Positions 20,118 to 30,384 of a stretch of DNA of 64,000 nucleotides are shown here, in pieces (the stretch's first letter is position 1; every line of letters starts with the position of its first letter). The translations under genes and the position numbers were made by a program. Location: assembly GCA_963733035.1 (NCBI GenBank), contig CAVTBU010000005.1:1632001-1696000 (forward strand), given 5' to 3'. This DNA is from Pirellulales bacterium. Lineage in GTDB: Bacteria > Planctomycetota > Planctomycetia > Pirellulales > PALSA-1355. A model generated the notes under the pieces. The model ran no database searches. It was not told where the DNA came from and saw only the letters and a program-made list of their open reading frames with translations.

Positions 20118-21146
20118 TCATTGGCCGACTGTGACGACGACGCGGCCAGGAGCGCCGCCTTGGCGAACCACTTGGAACGCGTCGTTGATGCGATCCAAGG
20201 AGAATCTCGCGACAATCGGCGGACGGATCACTCGATCAGCCATGAACTGCAAGGCATCGCGCACGTCTTGCATGCCGCCGTTGCGCGAGCCGAGGATTCG
20301 CAGCTCGCGCTGTGCGATCGAGATCGTGTCGATCGCCGGGAATTCAGCCTCCTCGCCGACGACGATAATCTTGCCACGTCGACGCACGAGCTTGGAGGCC
20401 AGTTTCATTGTCGCCGACAAGCCGACCAACTCGAACACCGTATCGGCTCCATCCGCTTCGCGGCCTACGACGTTCTGAACCTTCCGCATCAGGGCCTCGT
20501 CGTCGGCCGACAAGGCCAAAATGGCGCCCGAATCCATCGCCAGCTTTAGACGATCGGTCGATCGGTCAATCGCGATCGTTCGCACCCCCGCGGACGACAA
20601 AAGCTGCACAAGAATCTGACCGATACCGCCAGTGCCCAACACCACGGCAGTGTCACCCCACGAAAGCTGGGCCGTGCGAAAGGCGTGTACGGCCGTGCTC
20701 ACAGCGCAACTCGTCAAGCCTCCGCAATCGAAAGGCACTTCGTCCGGCAGCACCAACAGGTTGCGCACGGGGGCCTTGAAGAATTCTGCAAATGCCCCCG
20801 GCAAGGTGACGCCGAGAATGCCCGTCAAGTGCATCGCCTGGGCGTCGAGGCCACGACGCGAAAAGCGGCACTCGGCGTTGCGCACAAACAAATGCGGCAC
20901 AACCGGCTGCCCCACCTCGAAATCCGCCACGTTGCTCCCTACGCTGGCAACGACTCCGGCCGGCTCGTGCCCCGGAATGTGCGGCAATTGTGGCACGTAG
21001 GCCAAACCCTCCTGGATGTGCAGATCGGTCCGGCAGATGCCGCAGGTGCGCGTTTCGACAAGCACCTCGTCCGGCCCAATCTCAGGGATTGGAACGTCGG
21101 CAATACGCAGCGGACCGCCGACCTGTGTCAAAGTTGCCGCTCGCAT
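20118..21146 (-). CDS. Zn-dependent medium-chain alcohol dehydrogenase
   Basis: CGICRTDLH, GHEPAG and GTGGIG motifs. Start placed at MRAATL. Confidence 0.9.
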   Translation of the reverse strand: MRAATLTQVGGPLRIADVPIPEIGPDEVLVETRTCGICRTDLHIQEGLAYVPQLPHIPGHEPAGVVASVGSNVADFEVGQPVVPHLFVRNAECRFSRRGLDAQAMHLTGILGVTLPGAFAEFFKAPVRNLLVLPDEVPFDCGGLTSCAVSTAVHAFRTAQLSWGDTAVVLGTGGIGQILVQLLSSAGVRTIAIDRSTDRLKLAMDSGAILALSADDEALMRKVQNVVGREADGADTVFELVGLSATMKLASKLVRRRGKIIVVGEEAEFPAIDTISIAQRELRILGSRNGGMQDVRDALQFMADRVIRPPIVARFSLDRINDAFQVVRQGGAPGRVVVTVGQ

Positions 21147-21229
21147 GCGATTCTCAATGCTCCCAAAAGCTTCGCGGAAGTCCCCGGATGGGAACCCCGT
21201 ACCAAAGGAGTTCACCCGGCGGTTTTGAT

Positions 21230-22054
21230 TCAGGTCGTCGTTGCGATTCCCAACTCGCGCTCGATACTTTGAATCGATTCCACATTGCGCCGCGCACCGT
21301 CTTCCAGCAATGGGTAGCCGTATAAGTCGTTTGTCAGCGTGCCATCGAAACTGATACCCTTTAGCGCATCGACGACGGCCGTGAGCCGCAACACGCCGTC
21401 GCCCAGCGGCAAATGGAGTGCATACGTCTGTCCGTCGCCGTCCGCCAAGTGGACGTGTCGAATCCGCGAACCGAGTTGCGCGATCGAGTCGACGTACGTA
21501 TCGGCTTGGCCGACGCCATAGTGACAGGAGTCGTACAGCAGTCCGACCGCGCCCCGCGGCATTCCCTCGGCCACTGCGTCGACAAAGTCAATTGCCCACG
21601 AGTTCTCCATGCTAAGTGTGTCGGGATGCGGCTCGAACACGAGGTGCAAATCGCGATCCACGCACCGGGCGGCAACGCGGCGAAACAAATCGACGTTCGT
21701 GCGCAGGCACTCTCCCGGTCGACGATGGGCATTCACTGCCGCCCACGGGTCGTGACTGATGATCATGCCAAGCTGCAAATCGGCGGCCCACTCAATCGCC
21801 CGACCAAAGTCCGCCAGCGTTTCGTCAAACCGATCGTATGGTTGGACGTCGACCCAGCAGTCGAAGCCGTAGAGGCTCAAACCAATTTCCCTTGCCCAGG
21901 CGGCAAAGCGGCGGCGTAGGCCTGGCGTCTTCAGCTGGTCGTAAAACGGCGGCCGCGAGACTTCCAGCGAATCGAAACCAGTCGCCCGCACGAGTCGACA
22001 GATCGCCTCGATGTTCGGGTTTTCGTGAAAACTGACGGCGTTGATGCGGGCCAT
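21230..22054 (-). CDS. Sugar phosphate isomerase/epimerase (xylose-isomerase-like TIM barrel)
   Basis: [21 protein letters not shown] and HLPLGDG motifs. Confidence 0.85.
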   Translation of the reverse strand: MARINAVSFHENPNIEAICRLVRATGFDSLEVSRPPFYDQLKTPGLRRRFAAWAREIGLSLYGFDCWVDVQPYDRFDETLADFGRAIEWAADLQLGMIISHDPWAAVNAHRRPGECLRTNVDLFRRVAARCVDRDLHLVFEPHPDTLSMENSWAIDFVDAVAEGMPRGAVGLLYDSCHYGVGQADTYVDSIAQLGSRIRHVHLADGDGQTYALHLPLGDGVLRLTAVVDALKGISFDGTLTNDLYGYPLLEDGARRNVESIQSIERELGIATTT

Positions 22055-22090
22055 GCGTGCCTCGCTGCAATGCGATGAAGTATCAACCGA

Positions 22091-22984
22091 CTACGCCGCG
22101 GCCGGCCAAATCATCGCGCGGGCTTCGTCTGGTGTGGCAACTTCGCGCCCTAGTTCGCGCGAAATGCGTGCGATTTTCTCGACCAGCTCCGCGTTGCTGC
22201 GGGCGTACTGCCCGGCCGCGACAAACGGATTGTCTTCCATCCCCACGCGCACGTGCCCGCCCAGAATGATGGCCGTGGTCAGCACTTTCCATTGTTCCTG
22301 GGGGTCCATGACGCTGGTGTTGTAGAGGAAGCCAGGCGGCAAATGGTGATGATTGAAGAGCATTGCTTCGGCGGTCGGTGGCGTGTAGCTGCCGCCCCGC
22401 CAACCGAGAAAGAACGTAATCCAGACCGGCGCCTTGAGCAGGCCCTTTTGTACCATTCTCTGTGCGTTCCACACGCCGCCATAGTGGAAGCACTCGGCCT
22501 CGATTTTCACTCCCAGCTCGGCCGTCGCGCGGCAGTATTCCTCGAGCTCGGGACGATTGTGCAGACCATAGAGCTCCACCGGTTCGCGTCCCGGCTCATA
22601 GTCAAAACACTCGTCGTGTGGATTGAAACAGGTCGAAATCATATCCGGCTTTTGCTCGCACATCAGCACCTTGCGCTGAGCGAATCGGCCGTTGGCAATG
22701 CCGTATTGAATGATCGGGTTGACCGAACAGTTTTCGACGATGTCGCGGCGCAACTTTTCCCAGCCTGGGATGTCGAGATCCGAAAGCCGCGTCCCATCCG
22801 CCTGAATCGTTTCGTCAATTGTGTAGGGACCGTGCAGGTGGCAAATCGACGCCCCGGCGCTCACGCTGCGTACGTATTCGCGCGCGACCTCCTCGTAGCC
22901 CTTGGGCGTTGGGTTGTGCGGGTTGCTGGGATAGGCCATCGTCGAGTCGCACGTCACGGTGATGATCAGTTTGTCCACGGTCAT
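22091..22984 (-). CDS. Beta-keto acid cleavage enzyme (BKACE/DUF849; 3-keto-5-aminohexanoate cleavage family)
   Basis: KLIITV, AGASICHLH (HxH metal motif), GGHVRVGMEDN and REVATPDEAR motifs. Confidence 0.92.
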   Translation of the reverse strand: MTVDKLIITVTCDSTMAYPSNPHNPTPKGYEEVAREYVRSVSAGASICHLHGPYTIDETIQADGTRLSDLDIPGWEKLRRDIVENCSVNPIIQYGIANGRFAQRKVLMCEQKPDMISTCFNPHDECFDYEPGREPVELYGLHNRPELEEYCRATAELGVKIEAECFHYGGVWNAQRMVQKGLLKAPVWITFFLGWRGGSYTPPTAEAMLFNHHHLPPGFLYNTSVMDPQEQWKVLTTAIILGGHVRVGMEDNPFVAAGQYARSNAELVEKIARISRELGREVATPDEARAMIWPAAA

Positions 22985-23014
22985 CGGCTCCTGATAGATT
23001 CTCTTGGCGGGTCA

Positions 23015-24124
23015 TCAGATGGCGCACTCGCGATCGCCGGCGGCAGCTATGCCCTCAACGGCTTTCCGCCCTACCGGTGCCTCCGGTGTGGGCACGGTCA
23101 ATTCGTCGCCCAGGGCGACCAACTCGTTCCAAGCCGCCGCATCGATGTCGATTCCGCCGCTCAGTCGTTCATTCCGCCGGCGGTGCTCCAACTCACCGGG
23201 AACAATGATTTCGGCGAATCCCGGAACCAGCGAGGATGACTTGACATGCGCAATCAACTCGCCGACGTGCGTGCGGAATCGGTCGAGACCACCGAACTGT
23301 GCAACATCGACGGCAATGAGCAGCATTCCGTCACGCGCTTCGACGTCATCCGCACTGCAGCATCCGGCACCGGACAAGGCGCCTGCCAATACGTCGACCA
23401 TTAGCGCCAGCCCGAACCCCTTGTGGCCGGCGGCCCCACCCAAGGGCAATATCGCACCGGCGGGAGAATGGTAGAACTCGGCGGCGTCGTTCGTCGGCCG
23501 GCCTTGGGCATCGATGAGCCAACCGTCGGGCGTGGGCCGGCCTTGTTGGGCCAGAGCGCGGATCTTTCCTTCTGGCGCGACGCTCGTTGCCATATCCAGG
23601 ACGAGCGGGAATGTGTCTCCGGGAACGGCGATCGAAATCGGATTGGTCGCCAGGCGGCGATCCGACCCGCCGAACGGCGCCACGGACTGTCCACCGCCCC
23701 CGGCGTTGACCAGGGCAATTCCCGCCATGCCTGCCGCGGCGATCGTTTCGGTGTAGCTGCCGATTCGGCCGGTGTGGTAACAATTCCGCACCGTTGCAGC
23801 CGCAATTCCGCCTGCGCGAGCCTTCTCCACGACGATGTCGACGGCACGCGCGGCGGAGACCTGTCCAAAGCCCCGCGCACCATCCACGATTGTGCACCCT
23901 GTCGTTTCGTGAACCACGCGCGGTATGGCGTGGACGTCGACTTCACCCGACCGCACGGCGGCCACGTACTGGGGCACGCGCCGCACTCCATGCGAGTCGT
24001 GGCCGCACAGGCTGGCATCGACCAGGTGGCGGGCGACGAGCCCTGCGTCGGCCGCGCGAACTCCGACGGCCTGCAGAAGTGCGACGACAAACGGCTCAAG
24101 CGAGTTGTGCGAGACCAGCGGCAC
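23015..24124 (-). CDS. Ldh_2 family (malate/lactate/ureidoglycolate-type, YbiC/HcxB-like) oxidoreductase
   Basis: GHDSHG, HTGRIG, TNPISIA, LDMATS and GHKGFGL motifs. Start placed at GTG 24124. Confidence 0.9.
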   Translation of the reverse strand: MPLVSHNSLEPFVVALLQAVGVRAADAGLVARHLVDASLCGHDSHGVRRVPQYVAAVRSGEVDVHAIPRVVHETTGCTIVDGARGFGQVSAARAVDIVVEKARAGGIAAATVRNCYHTGRIGSYTETIAAAGMAGIALVNAGGGGQSVAPFGGSDRRLATNPISIAVPGDTFPLVLDMATSVAPEGKIRALAQQGRPTPDGWLIDAQGRPTNDAAEFYHSPAGAILPLGGAAGHKGFGLALMVDVLAGALSGAGCCSADDVEARDGMLLIAVDVAQFGGLDRFRTHVGELIAHVKSSSLVPGFAEIIVPGELEHRRRNERLSGGIDIDAAAWNELVALGDELTVPTPEAPVGRKAVEGIAAAGDRECAI

Positions 24125-24315
24125 GGCAACCACGATGCATGAGACAGCCGACGACCCCCGCTGCGCCGGCGCAGGACTCGAACTTAGCGGCTGGGCATGC
24201 CTCACGCAAGGCTTTAAGCGTTCAAAAACTGACTTTTCTTGCTAAAATGCAACGTCGTTCCTGTTGCGGGGTGATTCCCCGCGCCTTTGCCAAACCGCAA
24301 GTGAAGGTACTGTAC

Positions 24316-25272
24316 GTGACCTCCGAGAACCGCGCGTCTTTGACTGACAAAGTTTATCAATATCTCTCAGGGCAATTGGCCGGACGTGCGCTCGCGATCG
24401 GAGATCGGATTAACCCGCGCGCCGTGGCCGAACAACTCGACGTCAGCCGTACCACGATCAACAAGGCACTGGCTCGGCTCGAAGCCGAGGGCTGGTTGAC
24501 CTCAGACGACGCACGTCGCCCGATCGTAACGAAGCGACCGGGCAAGCGTCGGGCCAGCCCCGCGGCGAATTTCGAGTTTTCGAATCGTACCGACGCAACC
24601 TACGAGGCAATTCTCGAGCGCATTTTGAAAGGGGAGTTGCAACCAAGCGAAATCGTCAAGGAACGACCGCTTGGGCAAACTCTCGGAGTGAATCCGGCCA
24701 CGGTGCGCCGCGCGGCCGAGTGGTTGTGCAACGACGGACTCATGGAACGGCTCCCGCGCCGCGGTTGGCGCGTGGCGACTGTTTCCGCGCACGACCTCAA
24801 GGACATCTACCAAATCCGGGTGTTGCTGGAACCGCTGGCGATCAAGGGCACCGTGGCGCGGATGTCGGATGAAGTGCTGGCTGACCTCGAACGAGAAACC
24901 CGACGTCTAATAACTCAGGGAGAAAAGGCCACGGTTTACGATCGTCGCCGCGCCGATCTCCGTTTTCATCAGGCGATCGCCATGACATCGGGAAATCGCA
25001 TGCTGGCGGCGACGATCGAGCCGCTGGTCCGCAAGGCCCTGCTCGTAACGACCGTGGGTTTCCGTTATGGCCGGGCGTCGCAGTCCTTCGAAGAACATCT
25101 GGATATTCTCCGCGCGCTCAAATCGCGCGATGGGGCGCTGGCGGCCAAGCGGCTCAAGAGCCACCTTCGCCAGGCACAGAAGTTCAATCTCGAATTGTGG
25201 GAGCGACAGTCGCGATTCCCGTTAGTGGCTGACGACAGTCGCAGCGGACCGCCCGGGCGCGGCATCACTTGA
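24316..25272 (+). CDS. GntR family regulator with two tandem wHTH domains + FCD
   Basis: wHTH1 SLTDKVYQYL...VSRTTINKALARLEAEGWL; wHTH2 TDATYEAILERI...VNPATVRRAAEWLCNDGL; FCD ADLRFHQAI...EEHLDIL. Start approximate. Confidence 0.85.
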   Translation: MTSENRASLTDKVYQYLSGQLAGRALAIGDRINPRAVAEQLDVSRTTINKALARLEAEGWLTSDDARRPIVTKRPGKRRASPAANFEFSNRTDATYEAILERILKGELQPSEIVKERPLGQTLGVNPATVRRAAEWLCNDGLMERLPRRGWRVATVSAHDLKDIYQIRVLLEPLAIKGTVARMSDEVLADLERETRRLITQGEKATVYDRRRADLRFHQAIAMTSGNRMLAATIEPLVRKALLVTTVGFRYGRASQSFEEHLDILRALKSRDGALAAKRLKSHLRQAQKFNLELWERQSRFPLVADDSRSGPPGRGIT

Positions 25273-26322
25273 CGGCAATCGGATTTCCCGGCGATCCGGT
25301 GGCGCCTTTCAGCCGCAAAGGGGCGAAAATAAACGCAAATTCGTAGGCCTTATCGGCGGCCAATGCGTCGAGATCGAGGTTTTCGATGAAGTAGATGCCG
25401 TGGCGGGTAATCATCCACTGGTGGACCTCGATCTTGCGCCCGGATTCTTCGGCGACGGATCGACCTCAATTCCCCAATTGTCGGCGCCGACCATCAACGG
25501 TTCGCGCTCGATGAGCATCTTGGCCACCTCGAGGCCAATCCCCGGCTCGCCGGAGTTGTACTGCTGGTTGTCGACCTTCCACAGCCGGCTGTGCCCGGTG
25601 CGAATCAGTACGACGTCGCCCTGGCGGATCGTCGTCCGCTGGGCCGCCAGCGCACCGCGAAAATCGCCCGGCGTAATCTCGTAGCCGACTTCCAGCCGTT
25701 CCTTCTGCAAATAGCCGGCAACGTCGACCAGGACGCCGCGAGCAAAGAACACGCCGGCGTTCTCCACGCCCAGTGATTTGAGGCCATAAGCATCCTCAAT
25801 GTCGCTCGAGCGGAAACCGTTGTAGTAGTAGTCGCCGTCGTTGAGACGTACGCCGACGTGCCCCAAACCGTCCATCTGCGTCCCCATCTGGCCGATTTCA
25901 CCGACGAAGAATTCGTCGCGGCCGACGCGCATGTTGTCGCCGTCAACCGCCCGGAAGGCAGGAATCGTCAGGCGAAACGTGCGATGAGGAAACGTCGGCA
26001 TGTCGCGTTCGTAAACGCGTCCCAACTGGTAGATGTTGCCTTTGCGAATCAGCTTTGCCGCCTCCAAGACGCGCGCCGCTGACATCAGATTGGCCGATCC
26101 GCGCTGATCATCCTTTCCCCATCGCGAGGGCCACCAGCGAGAACCGATGGGCGTCTCGTTGGAGTCTTCCCGAGTCGCCGACCGCCGATTCGCCGGTTCG
26201 TCCGGCGCCGCGATTGCCGCCGGGGCGGACAATTCACCGAAGTCCGCGGCTTCCCACAACAGAATGCCAACCACCGCGCCCAACAGAATCGGCAAATACC
26301 GCGTCAATCGTTGATCGCTCAT
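25265..26322 (-). CDS. Cyclase (kynurenine-formamidase-like) family metallohydrolase with N-terminal signal/TM (frameshift near 25440)
   Basis: WGKDDQRGSAN, GTQMDGLGH and GDVVLIRTG motifs. C-terminus EVHQWMITRHGIYFIENLDL...GATGSPGNPIAVK* is in another frame. Confidence 0.85.
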
Positions 26323-26653
26323 CAAAACGCCTCGCGAATCGAAGGTTGCTCGCTTGCCCATACGCCCGCGGCCCCCGGGGGTCGCGCGGCGACCGCGCCG
26401 GGTTCTCGATGCGACCGGTTGCCAGCTGACAAGTATTGCTAAAAATCCGTTGGTCTACAATCCACGCGAGGAATTGAGCGCCATGAGCGTGGTTTTTGAG
26501 AGCAAGCGATAGAGCACTGGCGGCCGGCAGATTCCAGTAAGTGCTCGGCGAAGCCCGCCTCCTGGTTCGCGTGAAAGTCGATCGTCTGAACGCCGGTAAC
26601 GGCGAGAACTTCCGGCGGCAGATTTGGCGGCCATGAGAGATCCAAGAACGCGG

Positions 26654-28402
26654 CTATTTGCCAGGGCTCTCCTGGAGCTTGTTCATCACTTCGTCCAGGT
26701 TGAAGCTGGCGGCCTTTTGTCGCTGCGGAAACTCCTTGAACGTCGCCAGGACGTTTCCGACGTACTCCTGAGCCGGCACCAGCAGGAAGGCATGGTCGAG
26801 CAGCCAGTCGTAGTAGGTGTTCGACGTGATATCGGCCCGCTCGTACGGATCGAGCCGGAGGTTGTAAATCTTTGGCACTCGGAGCGAGACAAAGGGCTCG
26901 GCCCAAATTCGCAGAGTGCCCGGAACGCGTTGCTCCAAAAACACCAACTTCCAGTTGTCATACCGCAGGGCGGTCACTTGCTGGTCGTCATTGCAGTAGA
27001 TGAATGACTCCCGCGGACTTTTGTCGACCTGTCCGGTAAGGAGTGGGACCAGATTGTAACCGTCAAGGTGAACCTTATAGGTCGTGTCGCCGAGCTTGTA
27101 TCCCTGCTTCAGTTTTTCGGTCACATCCTCGTCACCTGCGATCGCCAGCAGCGTCGGCAACCAGTCGTGATGGGCGACGAGCTGATTCGAGACGCTGCCC
27201 GGGGTGATCTGGCCCGGCCAGCGGACCATGCAGGGCACGCGGTAGGCTCCTTCCCAGTTCGAGTTCTTTTCATTTCGGAACGGCGTCATGGCGGCGTCCG
27301 GCCAGCTATTCATGTGCGGACCATTGTCGGTGCTGTACATAACAAGCGTGTTGTCCGCAACGCCGGCGTCGTCGAGCGCCTTGAGCACGGTGCCCACGTT
27401 TCTGTCGTGGTCGATCATCGCATCGGCGTATTCGCTCATCCAGCGGCCCGATTGCCCCTTGCTCTCGGGCTTGACGTGGGTCCGAAAATGCATGTGTGTG
27501 AAATTCACCCACACGAAGAACGGCTTACCGGCCTTGGCCTGTCGCTCAATGAAATTCGCAGCCCGACTCGCCGTATCGTCGTCGATCGTTTCCATCCGTT
27601 TCCTGGTGAGGGGCCCCGTGTCCTTGATGGTCTGCCTGCCGACCTTGCCAAACCGCGGGTCGACCGTCTCGTCGTCCTTGTCTGTCGCTTTGCATTCGAG
27701 GACCCCACGTGGACCGTACTTCTTTCGGAATGCCGGATCCTTTGGATAATCGGGGTGTTCGGGTTCTTCTTCGGCATTGAGGTGGTAAAGATTGCCGTAG
27801 AATTCGTCGAACCCGTGCACGGTGGGGAGGAACTCGTTGCGGTCACCCAGGTGGTTCTTGCCAAACTGGCCGGTCGCGTAGCCGAGCGGTTTGAGCAACT
27901 CGGCGATCGTGGGGTCTTCCTTCCGTAGGCCGACAGTAGCGCCTGGCAGTCCAACCTTCGTAAGCCCGGTGCGCAAGCCGTGTTGACCGGTAAGAAACGA
28001 AGCGCGGCCGGCGGTACAACTTTGTTCGGCGTAGTAGTCCGTGAAGAGCATCCCTTCCTTGGCGACTCGGTCGATGTTCGGCGTGCGATAGCCCATGAGC
28101 CCCATCGTGTAGGCGCTGATGTTCGACTGACCGATGTCGTCGCCCCAAATGATGCAGATATTTGGCGTCTTGCCGGACGCCTTGGACTTGGCCGCGACGT
28201 TTTGATTGAAGGCCGCCAGTGCAATCAACTCGCTCCTGTCCGCTTGCCCGCCGCACGCCGTTTGCAGCCGGTGAGCTTCGCGCAAGTCCTTGGTTCTGTC
28301 ACCGGGAATCAATGCTCGCGATGCGGCGGAATAGCCGACCAGTGCGCACATCCCGACGCAAAACAACGTGATTAGTCTTGCGTGCTTCAACATGGAAGTC
28401 AC
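26654..28402 (-). CDS. Arylsulfatase (formylglycine-dependent, CxAxR type)
   Basis: PNICIIWGDD, SCTAGRASFLTG, GKNHLG and STDNG motifs; signal peptide. Confidence 0.95.
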   Translation of the reverse strand: MTSMLKHARLITLFCVGMCALVGYSAASRALIPGDRTKDLREAHRLQTACGGQADRSELIALAAFNQNVAAKSKASGKTPNICIIWGDDIGQSNISAYTMGLMGYRTPNIDRVAKEGMLFTDYYAEQSCTAGRASFLTGQHGLRTGLTKVGLPGATVGLRKEDPTIAELLKPLGYATGQFGKNHLGDRNEFLPTVHGFDEFYGNLYHLNAEEEPEHPDYPKDPAFRKKYGPRGVLECKATDKDDETVDPRFGKVGRQTIKDTGPLTRKRMETIDDDTASRAANFIERQAKAGKPFFVWVNFTHMHFRTHVKPESKGQSGRWMSEYADAMIDHDRNVGTVLKALDDAGVADNTLVMYSTDNGPHMNSWPDAAMTPFRNEKNSNWEGAYRVPCMVRWPGQITPGSVSNQLVAHHDWLPTLLAIAGDEDVTEKLKQGYKLGDTTYKVHLDGYNLVPLLTGQVDKSPRESFIYCNDDQQVTALRYDNWKLVFLEQRVPGTLRIWAEPFVSLRVPKIYNLRLDPYERADITSNTYYDWLLDHAFLLVPAQEYVGNVLATFKEFPQRQKAASFNLDEVMNKLQESPGK

Positions 28403-28886
28403 TCCTCCGAGATAGGGCTAAAGATGTGAGTGCTTGCGGCGTACAGGCTGCGACATGCCGGAAAACAAACGATGTGAACAGATGTAAGCACCAACCGCCG
28501 CGTTTGCAGATGCCGGCATGCCCCTCGTGCCCTTTGCCGAACGGGCCGGACGAATCATCACGGCGCTCCGCAGAGGCAAACCCCGAGGTTGGACGCATTA
28601 TGTCGGCGGGCGACGTGGTCCACAAGAAAATACCGAAGTTTTGAGGCAAGACGTTGGACGCCGTTTCGTTGCACAGATAGTTGGAAATTGATGGGTTCGT
28701 GGTCGTCAATGACGGACGATACCGCGCAAACGCATCGCCTTAAATCCCGCGGGCGCGATCTCGGGCGGGGCGACAACTCTTTCGGAAGAACTTGCGGCAA
28801 CGTGATGTTCCGCTTCCGCGGTTGTAATCCGGTGGTCCTTTGCGATCATGGTTGCAGACCCTGGTTTACTGTGGTGGAGCGCGACC

Positions 28887-30373
28887 ATGTTTTCTTCGAT
28901 TGGTTTTCAACGGCTGGTTTGTCTGGCGGTGGTTGCGGTTTTGACCGAGACAGTTTCCGGCGTGCTTGCCCAGGAAACCAAACCGGTTTTTCGAGCCGGG
29001 GCCGCGACGAGCAACATTACGCCCCCGCTGGGGGAACTGATCGTCGGGGGTTGGACTCCAATCCTCGCGACTCACATTCACGATGAGCTCCACGCGCGCT
29101 GCCTCGTGCTCGACGACGGAACGAATCAAATGGGCATCGTCCTGTGCGACAACGTCGGCATTTCGCAAGAAGTGTTCGACTTGGCGAAGGAGCAAATCCG
29201 CCGAACGTCGGGTCTACCAGGTTCGCACCTATTATTGGCCTCCACGCACACTCACTCGGCCACCTCGGCGAGTGGTCCGTGCAAGGTCATTCGGGAGCGA
29301 AAACTCACCGCCTATCAAACGTTCGTCGCCAGCCGCATTGCCGACGGAGTGCGCCGTGCGCACAACCAACTCGAAGCCGCTCGAATAGGTTGGGGGAAGG
29401 TCGATGAGCCGTCCGAAGTATTCAACCGTCGCTGGTTCGTCAATGACGCGGCCTTGCTGACGAATCCGTTCGGGGGCATCGACCGCGTACGGATGAACCC
29501 GCCGCGCGTAGCGCCGCGCTCGATCGTCCCGCCGGGCGAACCGATCCGGAAATCTGCTTCATTTCGATCAAGAGCCTGGACAACCGGCCGATAGCGGTCT
29601 TGGCAAACTATTCGCTGCACTACGTGGGTGGTGTCCGTTCGGGGGACGTTTCGGCCGACTATTTTGGCTGCTTCGCGACGTCGCTTGAAGAGGCGCTGGC
29701 GCGAGCGACCAGTCGCCGCCGTTCGTCGGTATCATGTCCAATGGCACCAGCGGCGACGTGAACAACATCGACTTCACCGCAAAGAACCCGCGGCAATACA
29801 AGCCCTACGAAAAGATGAGCGAGGTCGCCGAGAAGCTGGCCCGCCGCGTCTATCAAGCGCACGGGCATATTGAGTTCCACGATTGGGTACCGCTGGACGC
29901 GGCGGAACTGCAGCTGCCGCTGAAAGTCCGCAAGCCAACTGCCGAGATGGTGAGGTACTTGGAACAAGTCACCTCAGCAAGCGGGGGCGACAAGCCGGCC
30001 CGTCACGATCGCGAATCAATCTATGCCGAACGGATCCGACAGCTGGCGGACGCCCCCGACGAGATTCGCGTTCCGCTGCAGGTCATGCGCATCGGCGACC
30101 TGGGCATCGCGACGGTTCCGTTCGAGACCTTCGCCGAGACCGGCCTCGAGTCTGAAGAACCGCAGCCCCTTTAGCCAAACGTTTACGATTGAACTCGCGG
30201 GCGGATCGTTTGGCTACTTGCCCACACCCGAGCAGCACCGACTGGGTGGTTACGAAACGTGGTTGGGAACGAACTATGTGGAAGAACAAGCGTCGAAAAA
30301 GATCGTCGAGTCGCTGCTCGATCTGTTTCAAACCGTCCGCCAAAGCAGCGCAACCAATAATTCGACTCACTGA
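28887..30373 (+). CDS. Neutral/alkaline ceramidase-like secreted hydrolase (frameshifts near 29510-29530, 29700 and 30150)
   Basis: HDELHARCLVLD, STHTHS, NYSLHY, NGTSGDVN, VPFETFAETG and GYLPTPEQHRLGGYETW occur across successive frames. Confidence 0.8.
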
Positions 30374-30384
30374 GGTCCTTGCCG

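Noticed and set aside
23794..24315. N-terminal 174 aa of the 492-aa GntR ORF
   Set aside because: Overlaps the Ldh_2 gene on the opposite strand; spurious extension.
26439..26650. Possible gene remnant (…VQTIDFHANQEAGFAEHL…)
   Set aside because: Similarity too short and vague to assign.
28596..28630. TGTGGAC-N11-CCGACATAA upstream of the arylsulfatase as a third ECF promoter copy
   Set aside because: Similar geometry but too many mismatches to TGTCCGC/ACGGCAATT.
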